In this document: piece after piece, positions 39,693-49,871 of the stretch
Layout of the letters: every line of letters begins with the position of its first letter
How positions within the stretch are numbered: position 1 is the first letter of the stretch
Source of the DNA: an uncultured virus (IMG/VR IMGVR_UViG_3300031758_000013)
Lineage: Duplodnaviria > Heunggongvirae > Uroviricota > Caudoviricetes
Virus record (IMG/VR): IMGVR_UViG_3300031758_000013
Direction: 5' to 3' (one strand)
DNA: 64,000 bases
Position numbers and translations under genes: made by a program
Notes under the pieces: model-generated
What the model was told of the DNA's origin: nothing
Database searches by the model: none
Seen by the model: the letters and a program-made list of their open reading frames with translations, nothing else

Positions 39693-41065
39693 TGGCAGGA
39701 TTACGCGAACAGGCTGAAAGTGGATCCACTACGAGTGCTCTTAATGCACTGCCAGGTGCTAACCAGAGTGTGGCTAAATACGGCCGCGAAAAATATGGGG
39801 CGGCTGCTGGAAAAGAATTTGATAAGTGGGCTGCGACCAAAGAAGGCCAAGCACAAATTGCTAAAGCTGAAAAAAATCTTAGAGCAGGGTCAAATACTCG
39901 CGGGAATGCTCGTGGATCAGTTAATTATCGAGCTCAAGCTGTTGCAAACCAAAGATCTGTTTTTGAAGAAACGTACATAAAAGAAAAAGTTAGACTTGGT
40001 GCAACAACAACTAATAAAGGCGCTGGGCGAGGGTCTGGTGCGACTGGGGCTAGCAGTTCATCTTCTCCAAGTAAAAATCAACTTCCACAACCAAGCACTG
40101 AAACACTTCCTCCAAGTTTAGAAAGTCTTTCTAAGTCAGAAATAAATCAAAAAAGTAGAATTGAAACATATGGCTCTAGCCAGACTCAGGTTTTCAATAT
40201 AAACAGTTTCAGATCAGAAATTAATAATAACGATGTTTTGCCGTCACATTCATATTTAGTTACTTTTTCACCGTTTAAAATGGGATTTCCGGAAAATGAA
40301 CCTCTAACTAATTTTGTAATAAACAAAAGAAGTACATTGATGATGAGATGCGAAAGTATTGTTCTTCCAACTCCATCATTACTAGAAGAAGAAAATATTC
40401 GTAGATATGGATATGGTCCGGTGGAAAAGGTTCCATATGGTGTTCAGTTCAGTGATGTTTCAATAACATGGTTAGTTGATGGCAATTCTGAAATTATTGA
40501 TTTCATGCACCAATGGATGAACACAATTGTTATGCATGACTCACCAAATGCTAATATGTTACAAAGTACTAATGAAGGTGCTTTCCGCGACGGACTGGGC
40601 ACATATTTCCCATTTGAAGTTGGATATAAAGACGGATATGCTAATCCAATTGTTAGAGTTTATGTTTATAATAGACAACAACAGACTGTAACTGAATACG
40701 AAATGTTTGATGTATTTCCAATGAATATTCAATCACAAAATCTTGCCTGGGCAGACGAAAATCAAGTTCAAAAGCTTACAGTGAATTTTGCATACACAAA
40801 TATGAGAGTTAAAGCTCCTCGTGCGACTGATGCATCACAACAGTATGATAATATTGAAGCTTTAGTGAGTCCATTAGAAGAAAGAAAGCAACCAACTGAT
40901 AAGGGCGGCCGGGCTGCGGCAGATAGATTTGATTCGCCAACTATGGAAGTTATACAAAATTCTATAAATTCTAGTAGCCCAAATTCAAATGAGAATATAC
41001 CACAATCACCAACATCATCACAATCCGCTGTGCAAGGCTTAATTGTTCGAACCTTCAGCGCTTAA
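39692..41065 (+). CDS. gp54: Tail-tube initiator gp54-like protein with N- and C-terminal extensions
   Basis: CESIVLP..YGPVEKVPYG..FSDVSIT..WMNTI..VFPMNI..LAW..KLTVNFAY. Confidence 0.7.
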   Translation: MAGLREQAESGSTTSALNALPGANQSVAKYGREKYGAAAGKEFDKWAATKEGQAQIAKAEKNLRAGSNTRGNARGSVNYRAQAVANQRSVFEETYIKEKVRLGATTTNKGAGRGSGATGASSSSSPSKNQLPQPSTETLPPSLESLSKSEINQKSRIETYGSSQTQVFNINSFRSEINNNDVLPSHSYLVTFSPFKMGFPENEPLTNFVINKRSTLMMRCESIVLPTPSLLEEENIRRYGYGPVEKVPYGVQFSDVSITWLVDGNSEIIDFMHQWMNTIVMHDSPNANMLQSTNEGAFRDGLGTYFPFEVGYKDGYANPIVRVYVYNRQQQTVTEYEMFDVFPMNIQSQNLAWADENQVQKLTVNFAYTNMRVKAPRATDASQQYDNIEALVSPLEERKQPTDKGGRAAADRFDSPTMEVIQNSINSSSPNSNENIPQSPTSSQSAVQGLIVRTFSA

Positions 41066-41092
41066 TTATTGAAAACATAATGGAGTATTATA

Positions 41093-41800
41093 ATGCCTCT
41101 ACCAAAAATTGACCAGCCACTATTTGATATGATTATTCCTTCAACTGGAAAGAAGGTTACATTCCGACCTTTCCTGGTCAAGGAAGAGAAGATCCTTCTC
41201 ATTGCTCAGCAAAGTGGTAATGATAGTGAAATCATCAGAGCTATTAAGCAGATTTTAAACAACTGTATTCAAGATCATCTAGATCTAGATACATTAGCGA
41301 TCTTTGACCTTGAGTATGCTTTTCTTAAGTTGCGTTCAAAGTCAGTAAACAATGTTGTAAAATTATCTTATCGTGATACTGAAGACGATGAAGTATATAA
41401 TTTTGAACTTGATCTTGATACTATTGAAATTGAAATGCCAAAAAACATTAATTCTAAAATTGAAATCAATGATTCTGTTGGTATGACTATGAAGTATCCA
41501 TCCGCATCTATTACTGATAAAATGAGTGGTTTTGAGAATGAAGTTGATCTCATGACATTCTTCATTGTTAATTGTATCGACACAATCTATGATGAAGATA
41601 CCGTGTATGTTGCTGATGATTTTAGTGAAGAAGAGATCTCTGAGTTCTTAGATGGATTAGATGTTAAGACATTCGAAAAGATTCGCGAGTTCTTTGAGAA
41701 CGTTCCACGTCTATATCATAAGATTGAATATACTAATTCTATTGGAAGTGAACGATCAATTGAATTGGCGAGTCTCAAAGATTTTTTTATGTGGGGCTGA
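41093..41800 (+). CDS. gp26: Baseplate hub subunit gp26
   Basis: MPLPKID.P..PSTGKKVTFRPFLVKEEKILL..DLEY.FLKLRSKSV. Confidence 0.9.
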   Translation: MPLPKIDQPLFDMIIPSTGKKVTFRPFLVKEEKILLIAQQSGNDSEIIRAIKQILNNCIQDHLDLDTLAIFDLEYAFLKLRSKSVNNVVKLSYRDTEDDEVYNFELDLDTIEIEMPKNINSKIEINDSVGMTMKYPSASITDKMSGFENEVDLMTFFIVNCIDTIYDEDTVYVADDFSEEEISEFLDGLDVKTFEKIREFFENVPRLYHKIEYTNSIGSERSIELASLKDFFMWG

Positions 41801-41973
41801 GTCATACGACTTTAGCAAGATACTATTCTATGATATTTTCTTTAGCTCAGCATCATAAATATTCGATCAGTGAAATTGAAGGTTTGATACCATACGAGAG
41901 GGATCTCTATGTTGATATGTTATTAGAATTTTTAGAACAACAAAAACAAGAGATAGAGAGTAGAAAGACGTAA
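41791..41973 (+). CDS. gp51: Baseplate hub assembly catalyst gp51
   Basis: FSLAQHHKYSISEIEGLIPYERDLYV. Confidence 0.8.
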   Translation: MGLSHTTLARYYSMIFSLAQHHKYSISEIEGLIPYERDLYVDMLLEFLEQQKQEIESRKT

Positions 41974-44048
41974 TGCTCGGACAGATCGCAGCAAAATTAG
42001 GAATAAAAGCTGTAGGCACTGCCGAAAGTGCTTTAGCTGGAGCCGCAGGTGCTGTAGTTAAAGCCGGTCAAGCATTTGGAATGGCTGGTAGAGCACTTGC
42101 CAGGGCTGGCCAGAGTACTTCTAACAGAGCTTCAACATCATCGAGTAATAGAATTACTAGCAATCTGGGAATGGCTGGAACTGCTGGAAAACAAAAGATA
42201 TCTGGTGGTGGAACTTTGCCGGCTCCGAAATCTATTGCAAAGCCACAAGTATCTACAAAGATGCCAACAGAAGCTCTATTAGATACGGCTGTAAAATATC
42301 TAGTATCGATCGATAAATCGCTTAAATCACAGCTCGAATTTGAGAGACGTTCTTACCAAGAGCAGACTCAGATTGAAAGAGAAGCAATTATTGAAAGTAA
42401 GCCAGCCACCACTTTTACAGATATTAAAGACAGACTATCTGGTTTGAAATCAGATGTTAAAGACAATGCTAGTGCGGCAGCGTCAATCGCCAAGTTTGCT
42501 TTAGTACTCGGCGGTGTTGGTGCTTTAATTGCTAGTGCGTTAGACCAAAAAGAACTTAATGCATTAAAAGAAAATGTTGAACAATTCAAAACAAAATTTA
42601 GCTGGTTAGGCGATCTAGCTGCTATGATTCCTGCGGGTGGTATTTTCGGATTCTTATTTGGCGGTAAAGGTCTCAAGGGAAGATTAAAGGGTGGATTAAT
42701 CGGCATTCTTGCTGAAGCAGTTGCTTTAACTGTATACAACCGAATGACTGGTCAAGGTGGAGGAGATAATACTGCTGTAAACTTGGCCGCGGCTGGTGGT
42801 ATAGGCTACCTTGGATTCCGAGGAGCAAAATCTGCTGTTGGTATTTCACGAAAAGTGGCTGCTGCACGAGGAACAGGAGCTGCGCTTCAGGCAGCTACAG
42901 GGTTTGCTGGAAAACGAGCAGCAGTAGGATCAGTAGCATTCTTAAAGGGACCAATGTGGAGAAAGTTTTTAGCCTTTCTTCTAGCGCGTGGTAAAAAAGA
43001 ACTTGTAAGAAAAATAGAACAACGTATAGCTATTAGTTTAGCATCAGGCGCAGTAGCTGCTACTGGTGTTGGAGCCGTCTTTGGAGCTATTGGATTTCTA
43101 GTGAATCTTGGATTTAGTTTATATTTGATGTATGAAATTTATGGGTTGTGGAAAGAGTTTATCGCAGGAAGCCAAGCTGACAAGGCTGGTGTTGGTGATG
43201 CCGAGATAGTAAAAGAGATTAACAGCCCAGATGCCATGGCAACTAAGGGATCTATTTCTGGTGCGCCACAAGGAACTGGAAATCTTCCACCGGTTCCAGC
43301 AGATATTCAAAAGATTTTAGCTGCAATTAGAACAAACGAATCTAGTGGAAACTACGGTGAAAATTCATACAAAGCTGGAAGCAGTGCTTCTGGTGCTTAT
43401 CAATTTTTAGATAGCACTTGGAAATCACAAGCTGCTAAAGCAGGAATTGGAACAGAATATTCTAGAGCGTATTTAGCACCTCCGGAAGTTCAAGACGCCG
43501 TCGCTGCTAACTATGTAAAAAATATCTTAAGCATGCCAGACGTAGCTGGTGATGTTTCTAAAGTTCCTCTTGTTTGGTTTACTGGTAATGCGCAAGGTAG
43601 GATATCTGCTCGAGCACAGAGTGTGAACGCTGTAACTCCTCAGCAAGTACAAGCCAAATTTATGAAAACATATGATGGTGGAAAATTTGCTTCTTCTTCA
43701 TACAATTCTTCACCGGGTGTATCTGGAATGATAAATGCTGGAGTTGAAAAGATGGGCGAAGTATTCGGTATGCTTGGTTCAGCTATTATTAAGCCAGGTG
43801 TGCGTAGAGATTTTATTCCAGCTACTCCTAATGCTTCAGAAAAAATCAACAGCGAGTCAATGAAACTTCAGAACGATATTACGTTTGGTATTAAAAAAGA
43901 AAAGAGCAAATCTGCAATTACATCTCCTACAATTCCAGCTGGAATATCGCGTGGAGGTTCTGTAAAATCTATATCTAATTTAGATCCTAATTATAAAAAT
44001 GCTAATGTTTTAACAAAATATTTAGCACACTTTAGGTATGCCGAATGA
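41973..44048 (+). CDS. Tail hub / tape-measure-like protein with lysozyme-like (transglycosylase) domain
   Basis: Ala/Gly-rich with hydrophobic segments; IRTNESSGNY..SSASGAYQFLDSTW..QD. Confidence 0.7.
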   Translation: MLGQIAAKLGIKAVGTAESALAGAAGAVVKAGQAFGMAGRALARAGQSTSNRASTSSSNRITSNLGMAGTAGKQKISGGGTLPAPKSIAKPQVSTKMPTEALLDTAVKYLVSIDKSLKSQLEFERRSYQEQTQIEREAIIESKPATTFTDIKDRLSGLKSDVKDNASAAASIAKFALVLGGVGALIASALDQKELNALKENVEQFKTKFSWLGDLAAMIPAGGIFGFLFGGKGLKGRLKGGLIGILAEAVALTVYNRMTGQGGGDNTAVNLAAAGGIGYLGFRGAKSAVGISRKVAAARGTGAALQAATGFAGKRAAVGSVAFLKGPMWRKFLAFLLARGKKELVRKIEQRIAISLASGAVAATGVGAVFGAIGFLVNLGFSLYLMYEIYGLWKEFIAGSQADKAGVGDAEIVKEINSPDAMATKGSISGAPQGTGNLPPVPADIQKILAAIRTNESSGNYGENSYKAGSSASGAYQFLDSTWKSQAAKAGIGTEYSRAYLAPPEVQDAVAANYVKNILSMPDVAGDVSKVPLVWFTGNAQGRISARAQSVNAVTPQQVQAKFMKTYDGGKFASSSYNSSPGVSGMINAGVEKMGEVFGMLGSAIIKPGVRRDFIPATPNASEKINSESMKLQNDITFGIKKEKSKSAITSPTIPAGISRGGSVKSISNLDPNYKNANVLTKYLAHFRYAE

Positions 44049-45865
44049 CTCCAGTAACAATTGGCGATCAAAAATTTATTAAAGACTTTAACAAAGGCTG
44101 GATTGATTCTAAAACCAAGCAGCCAGCTGATAAGGGATTAATTCGCCTACTCGACAGTTTGGTTATAAATGAACCTGTTTTAAAAAAACTTCGAGTGAAG
44201 ATTGATACTACTGTAGAACCAGTATTAATCAATGGGCAGAAGTTTGTTTATGATGTTAATCAGGGATGGATTGACCAAAAGACAAAAACTCCAGTTCCAC
44301 CAAGTTTTCAAATCACACTGAATAATGCCGTAGGAAAACCAACTGTTCCTAATGTGTCAGCTTCGATGGGCATGGCTGGCATTGCGGGGATGCAACAAAC
44401 AAAAACGACAGTAACTCCACAAGTTCAAAAGACTGGTGGAGGAACATTAGTTTACAGTAATGTGAATATCAATAAACCTATCGTAAAAATGATAGGAGCT
44501 CTAGCATCGATTGATGGGTTCTTAAAGCAAAGACTAGATAATCAAAAAAACATTGCTAAAAATAACTTATTGTCTATTAGAGAAGCTCAAATTGAGAATA
44601 TAAGTCAAGATGCACAAACACAAAGTGTAAAACCAGATGCTGAAAGAATAAGTGGATCTTCAGCCGGTTTACTCGGTCTTGGAGCTTTAGCTTTATTAAC
44701 ATTAGATCCAGTACAAGAAGCAATAAAGAGTGTTGTTAATGGTGTTGTAGAAACTGGCAAGTTTATCACCGGTGTTGTGTCAACCATAAACAAAGCATTT
44801 ACATTTCTTCTTGGTAGTAGCGCTGTTGATCCTACTGCAACAGAATCACAATCTGAAAATGGTGCTAAAACACCGACTCCCGATGCGCAGCCAGTTACTA
44901 CAGAGCAAAAGCCTTCATTCTTTGCGAGTGTAGGAGCGGGTGCAGCAACAGGAGCAGTAGTTGGATCTATAGTTCCAAGAGTGGGTATGGTTGCCGGCGC
45001 AGTTGTGGGTGGCGGAATTACTGCTTATAAGCATTTTACTTCTAGTGGATCTACAACAAGTAATAGTTCCTCAACGTCGTCATCTGCGCCGCAAGCAACT
45101 CCAGCACCAAATGCTACACCACAAACAACTTCAACTCCAGCACCAAATGCTACACCACAAACACAATCAACAGCATCAGCACCAGGACAAATTCCTAAGA
45201 ATGATATTGTAGCTCTTGGAAATTACTTAGCATCAATGGGTGCTGACAAGAGTAAGATGGAACATCCAACTCTGAGCGGAAGAGTTGGAGATCATAGTCA
45301 AAACTCAAGACACTATAGAGGCATGGCGATCGATGTCAATTTTCCTGGCCCGAACGAAGGTGCAATTCTTGATGCTTTAGAACCACAGTTAAGAGCTGCT
45401 GGCTATAATACTATTTGGCGCGCCAAAGGCCATGAGACACATATGCACGTGTCTGTGGGCGGTCGCGAAGGTCGTGGAAGCAGTACTACTGGCGATGCCA
45501 ATAGCCTTATGAGCGTGGCATCTGATACTGTTAACATGGGCATGGAAAAGATCGGCGAGTTGTTTGGCATACTAGGTTCGACTATTATTAAGCCGGGGGT
45601 TCCTCGAGGCAAAGTAGACTATTCAGAAGCAATCGGTGCTGCAGCTGTACAAACAAATGCTGAGATAGCAGTATCTAAAACACCCAAAGCTCTGCCTAAA
45701 ATATCAATTCCACGAGCTCCAAATATTAATAGATCTAATACTGGCACAACACAAAATCCGGCAACCTCTACAGATAAAAATAGCGTCTATTATTATTTGA
45801 GACGCTTTGGTTATCAAGATTTAAATGTTGGCGAGTCGCCATTAGTTAAAGCAACGGTAGCTTAA
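44045..45865 (+). CDS. Paralogous tail hub protein with M15/LAS-type peptidase domain
   Basis: HSQNSRHYRGMAIDV...HETHMHVS zinc-peptidase motifs; shares blocks with 41973..44048. Confidence 0.65.
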   Translation: MTPVTIGDQKFIKDFNKGWIDSKTKQPADKGLIRLLDSLVINEPVLKKLRVKIDTTVEPVLINGQKFVYDVNQGWIDQKTKTPVPPSFQITLNNAVGKPTVPNVSASMGMAGIAGMQQTKTTVTPQVQKTGGGTLVYSNVNINKPIVKMIGALASIDGFLKQRLDNQKNIAKNNLLSIREAQIENISQDAQTQSVKPDAERISGSSAGLLGLGALALLTLDPVQEAIKSVVNGVVETGKFITGVVSTINKAFTFLLGSSAVDPTATESQSENGAKTPTPDAQPVTTEQKPSFFASVGAGAATGAVVGSIVPRVGMVAGAVVGGGITAYKHFTSSGSTTSNSSSTSSSAPQATPAPNATPQTTSTPAPNATPQTQSTASAPGQIPKNDIVALGNYLASMGADKSKMEHPTLSGRVGDHSQNSRHYRGMAIDVNFPGPNEGAILDALEPQLRAAGYNTIWRAKGHETHMHVSVGGREGRGSSTTGDANSLMSVASDTVNMGMEKIGELFGILGSTIIKPGVPRGKVDYSEAIGAAAVQTNAEIAVSKTPKALPKISIPRAPNINRSNTGTTQNPATSTDKNSVYYYLRRFGYQDLNVGESPLVKATVA

Positions 45866-45899
45866 AAAGAAAGGGGACCGGTTTCCCAGCCCCCTTTCC
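45864..45899 (-). terminator. Rho-independent terminator after gp32 at the convergence point
   Basis: GAAAGGGG/CCCCTTTC hairpin followed by a T-run on the minus strand. Confidence 0.75.
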
Positions 45900-45905
45900 C
45901 ACCGA

Positions 45906-46814
45906 TCAATCTTCGTCAGAAAGCCACTTCATGAAGACGGCATCTTCTTCATCATCTTCGGTACCGAGCGCTGCAGTCGCTGGAGCAGTAGTTGCTGCTG
46001 ATGTCGAAAAGGTTGGAGCCGGAGCCTTATACTCTTCTTCATCAAGAGCAACTCCACGAACCTTTGGTGCTGCGACAGAAAGTCCTAGGACATTGTTGAG
46101 ACGCGTCTTTAACTCATCATATGACTTAAAGTGCTTTGGATTGACAAGATCTTGCAATGGATGCTCCTGCTTGTAAATCGCTTCAAGCTCAGCGTCATCA
46201 TTCGACAGTGGTGCGGGAGAGTCGAATTCAGACTTATCGTAGTTGCGGTAACCCTCAACCTTACGGATCTTGAGCTTGAAATTAGCACCCGTCCAAAGAT
46301 CGAACGGATTTACTGGCTTCTCGTCCTGAAATTGAGGGTTCATCAGATCGTTCAGCTTGTCAAAGATCTTCTTGCCATACTTGTACAGGAAGACCTTACC
46401 TTCGTTATCACGATTTCCCGGATCACTGACAACGTAGATATTAGAAGTATAAGAAAGGCGGCGCTTCTGTTCACGTGCCTTTTCCTTATCGGACTCAAGG
46501 CCCGTATTCCATAGAACGGAATTATGCTCAGAAACTGGATCGTTCTGGCCAAGAGTGGTCAGAGACTTTTCAATATACCAGAGACCGGTTGGTCCTTTAA
46601 AACCATGATCCCAGATGCGAACAAATGGGAGATCCTCACCACCCGGAGGCGGAAGGAAACGAATGACTGCATAACCATTTTCAGCCTTATCGAGAGTAGG
46701 CTTCCAATACTTATCATCATCACCACGGTCATATGTGGTAGTCTGCTTTTGTAGCTCCTTAGTGAGCTTTTCAAACGAGGTTGCAGACGAACGCTTAAGA
46801 TCAGCAAAAGACAT
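45906..46814 (-). CDS. gp32: Single-stranded DNA-binding protein gp32
   Basis: NGYAVIRFLP..HGFKGPTG.WYIE..NEGKVFLYKYGKKIFDK..GANFKLKI..NYDKSEF; acidic tail. Confidence 0.95.
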   Translation of the reverse strand: MSFADLKRSSATSFEKLTKELQKQTTTYDRGDDDKYWKPTLDKAENGYAVIRFLPPPGGEDLPFVRIWDHGFKGPTGLWYIEKSLTTLGQNDPVSEHNSVLWNTGLESDKEKAREQKRRLSYTSNIYVVSDPGNRDNEGKVFLYKYGKKIFDKLNDLMNPQFQDEKPVNPFDLWTGANFKLKIRKVEGYRNYDKSEFDSPAPLSNDDAELEAIYKQEHPLQDLVNPKHFKSYDELKTRLNNVLGLSVAAPKVRGVALDEEEYKAPAPTFSTSAATTAPATAALGTEDDEEDAVFMKWLSDED

Positions 46815-46821
46815 AATTAAT

Positions 46822-46880
46822 CTCCTTATATGTCGTTATATTTCGTTATATTCGTTGTATTTGTCGAGAACTTCTCAACG
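46822..46880 (-). promoter_or_regulatory. Putative gp32 autogenous translational operator
   Basis: Hairpin GTTGAGA/TCTCGAC followed by ATA[CT]AACGA x3 running into the SD (ATATAAGGAG). Confidence 0.55.
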
Positions 46881-46886
46881 TCTTAT

Positions 46887-47627
46887 TTATCCAACTCTGT
46901 AGCTAAAAACATTAGGATTTAATTTTCCTACTGCTACATAAATTGAATCTAGGAATGATTGATCTGTGTATTGATATCCAAGATCATTCATAAACTGTTG
47001 TTGCTCAGGGCTGTTAAACCTTTCTGCAATAATTACTGGTTTATACTTTTCAATAGTGGCTTTAGCGCCCTCAAGAACTCCTTGCTCAAATCCTTCTACA
47101 TCGAGTGCAATAAGATCACATTCGGCCAAATTTAAAGAATCGATTGTCATCATAGGAATATTAAACTGCTCAGATGGCGGTTGAAGAATATTCATTCCGA
47201 TGTTTAAATCATTAGTACCAGGTCCTTCTTGAGGAACACGATATAAACCAACAATACCATGGCCATGACCAAGAGCTGCATTCAGCTTAATAACGTGATC
47301 GTATGGATTGTTGTTCACCATGCATGTGAATGCAACTGGTTCTGGTTCAAAAGCAAAAACGTGCTTGAATCGCTTAGCATACAGTCTAGCATACATTCCA
47401 CAGTTTGTACCTGCGGTTACTACTGTACCATAATTAGTAATGTGTGTAAAATACTTGTGTACGTGATGATTGTTCCAGTGTTCAATTACTGATTCAAAGC
47501 ACACTTTATCTTCTTTGATCCAGTACCAATTGGTTTCACCTTCAATCTCAACATCACGAATCTCTATATTAGCAAACATAATTAAATCACTGATTTTGCT
47601 GAAAGATATTTTGCTCCTCCATCCCAT
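46887..47627 (-). CDS. FkbM-family methyltransferase
   Basis: VTAGTNCGMY..AFEPEP..TIDSLNL..DLIALDVEGFEQGVLEGA. Confidence 0.8.
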   Translation of the reverse strand: MGWRSKISFSKISDLIMFANIEIRDVEIEGETNWYWIKEDKVCFESVIEHWNNHHVHKYFTHITNYGTVVTAGTNCGMYARLYAKRFKHVFAFEPEPVAFTCMVNNNPYDHVIKLNAALGHGHGIVGLYRVPQEGPGTNDLNIGMNILQPPSEQFNIPMMTIDSLNLAECDLIALDVEGFEQGVLEGAKATIEKYKPVIIAERFNSPEQQQFMNDLGYQYTDQSFLDSIYVAVGKLNPNVFSYRVG

Positions 47628-48466
47628 GGCATAAATGGGATGTCAGTATATTCAATTGTTCGATTTTCTTCAATTTGAGGAATAAAAACATCTCGAATAT
47701 ACTTCTCATTGTCAATACCAAAAATCTGATTAGAGTAAGCAATGAGCCAATTCTTTGTTTCACCGATCTTTAGCATAATTTCATCGCGAAGTTCAAGTGG
47801 CATTTCAGTAAATGACCAAGTGCCAATCATTAGATCTGCATTGCACAGATCATTCACATCAGAAGTATGCACGATGTTGGTATGACCTAGTTCATTGTGA
47901 TACCACTTCTGAATTGCTCCAACTTCAGCAAAATCATAAATGATATACTTACCCTTAAATCCAAGCTTGTAGACGATATCGGCCATGTCGCCAATGCCAC
48001 CACCAAGTTCTACAATTGTATCGAGCTTTTCTAGTGACTCTGGTGTCCATCCATTAATTAGAAGATGAGCCATATGCTGAACACGATTCATTGTTGTTGT
48101 AAAATCTTCAAATAGATTATACATACCACGATCTTGCTCAGTGATACCAATATCAGGATCTTCAAGAGCATAACGAACCTTTGCGTTTTCCTTCCACTGA
48201 AGGACTGCAGCAAAGTAATCAAGGAACCGAGCACGAGTCATAAAAGGAACTGACATCACAGAAGCCCAGACTTTGAATCTTTCCTTAGGAAGATTTTTAA
48301 AGTCTTCAGCAAACACTTCACACATTACAGTCCAGTAATTATCTTTACCGGCCTGCTTAGCGGCGAGCATTTTTTCAAATAGATGTTTTGAAGAAGCTAA
48401 AGGTGCCGGAGCAGTCATTGCCGGATTCGCTGGTTCAGTAGAGTAACGAAAATATTCAGACATCAA
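47582..48466 (-). CDS. Putative sugar O-methyltransferase
   Basis: IVELGGGIG..YIIYDF..Q..DLMIGTWSFTEMP. Confidence 0.65.
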   Translation of the reverse strand: MMSEYFRYSTEPANPAMTAPAPLASSKHLFEKMLAAKQAGKDNYWTVMCEVFAEDFKNLPKERFKVWASVMSVPFMTRARFLDYFAAVLQWKENAKVRYALEDPDIGITEQDRGMYNLFEDFTTTMNRVQHMAHLLINGWTPESLEKLDTIVELGGGIGDMADIVYKLGFKGKYIIYDFAEVGAIQKWYHNELGHTNIVHTSDVNDLCNADLMIGTWSFTEMPLELRDEIMLKIGETKNWLIAYSNQIFGIDNEKYIRDVFIPQIEENRTIEYTDIPFMPWDGGAKYLSAKSVI

Positions 48467-49041
48467 TCACCTGCAAATTTATCTTTCAGTATCTTACGAC
48501 ATTTAAATGCATCATAATGAAAGAATGGTTTATATTTAGATAACTTTTTATATATGCTTGGCCAAAGTACCGTATCTTCAATCTTCTTATTCCAGTGACT
48601 AAAGAAACCAAGAATATCATTCAGAATAATAATAGTTTCAATAGATATTTGACGCCGCAAGTATTGTTTAAGTAAATATGGATGTTGTCCATTCTTTACA
48701 ATAACATTAGTATCAAAATCTGTCAACAACTTATTTAGATCTTGCTCAAAAATATAAGTCAAAGACTGTTGCCGCATGAGCCATTCAGAATAAACTTTCT
48801 CTGAATCATCGTTAAAGAGATCACCAACCCACTTGAGATCACCATCTACAAAATTGGCTACTAGATATTTAAGTGGATCTTTATGCTTGGATAGTTTATA
48901 GAATTGATACTTATCTTTGCGAGTCTCAAAGCTAGTTTGGCTTGCACCGATTTTGCCGTTGTACTTGATATAATCATAATTGTCTGTAGTAAAATGGTTC
49001 TTAACAGCAAGAAAAGTCTTATAACTCTCGAACGGTGTCAT
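48463..49041 (-). CDS. gp59: Helicase loader gp59
   Basis: YKTFLAVKNHFT..YDYIKYNGK..RKDKYQF.KL..ISIETI. Confidence 0.9.
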   Translation of the reverse strand: MTPFESYKTFLAVKNHFTTDNYDYIKYNGKIGASQTSFETRKDKYQFYKLSKHKDPLKYLVANFVDGDLKWVGDLFNDDSEKVYSEWLMRQQSLTYIFEQDLNKLLTDFDTNVIVKNGQHPYLLKQYLRRQISIETIIILNDILGFFSHWNKKIEDTVLWPSIYKKLSKYKPFFHYDAFKCRKILKDKFAGD

Positions 49042-49289
49042 ACTGGAAGCCTCGCAGACTTTGGCAAATAATTCAAATCTTCAGCGGCCGCTTGAATCTT
49101 AGACCTAATCTTGATATTATTTTTAATGATAGAAGCAGCCGCTTCAATCTCTATATTATTCTTTTCACAGAGGTGGACGACGGCATCCATATAATCAAGT
49201 TTGTATTTTACTACTAGTATTTCTACTTCTTTAATAAACTTCTCATTCGACATAGTCTTTTGTAGAATAACGTCGTCCACCATAATCAA
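49038..49289 (-). CDS. gp33: Late transcription coactivator gp33
   Basis: YMDAVVHLCEKNNIEIE..IRSKIQAAAEDLNYL..ARLPV; adjacent to gp59. Confidence 0.85.
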   Translation of the reverse strand: MIMVDDVILQKTMSNEKFIKEVEILVVKYKLDYMDAVVHLCEKNNIEIEAAASIIKNNIKIRSKIQAAAEDLNYLPKSARLPV

Positions 49290-49868
49290 TTATCCTCGAT
49301 AAAAAATGTGAGCACCAATTTTAGCAGTGCGATCAAAAACTCTACCCCATGATGGACTTACATAGTCCGCATGATAGAACTTTGCACCTCTTGTTACGTC
49401 ACCGTAATTTCCTAGGTACACATTTTCAGCGATCTCTTTGGCTTTGCGATATGCAGCCAGATCCTGAATTCGCTTTCCTCCTTCACACTTCCATGAAAAC
49501 TGGCATACGCCTCTGGCCTTCTGATTGATGACCGCACATGGTGTTTTTGGGAAGCGTTTGTCTTTTACGCGGTTCAACACGACGTTGTTGACCGCAATCC
49601 TGCCCTTATAGGGTTCATGACCAGCTTCAAAATATGTATTCTCGGCCATGCATTGGATTTGTTGTTTATCGTAAGCGCTGAGATAAACAGGCTTCTTTAC
49701 GATCTTTTCTTTTTCTATTACTTGAATTTCCGGAACCTTAATCACCTTGACCTCTGGTTCTTTCTGTGGAGTTGCAAGAGCTACACTCGTAACTGCAATG
49801 GCTCCTAGGAAAAAACCTTCACCCCAACGCAGATAAGGAAAGTCCTTCCTGTTTTCGAAAAGTTTCAT
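49290..49868 (-). CDS. SleB-like cell wall hydrolase (Hydrolase_2) with N-terminal hydrophobic segment
   Basis: CMAENTYFEA..GRIAVNNVVLNRV..FPKTPCAVI..CQFSW..GAKFYHADYVSPSW..IGAHIFY. Confidence 0.9.
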   Translation of the reverse strand: MKLFENRKDFPYLRWGEGFFLGAIAVTSVALATPQKEPEVKVIKVPEIQVIEKEKIVKKPVYLSAYDKQQIQCMAENTYFEAGHEPYKGRIAVNNVVLNRVKDKRFPKTPCAVINQKARGVCQFSWKCEGGKRIQDLAAYRKAKEIAENVYLGNYGDVTRGAKFYHADYVSPSWGRVFDRTAKIGAHIFYRG

Positions 49869-49871
49869 TGT

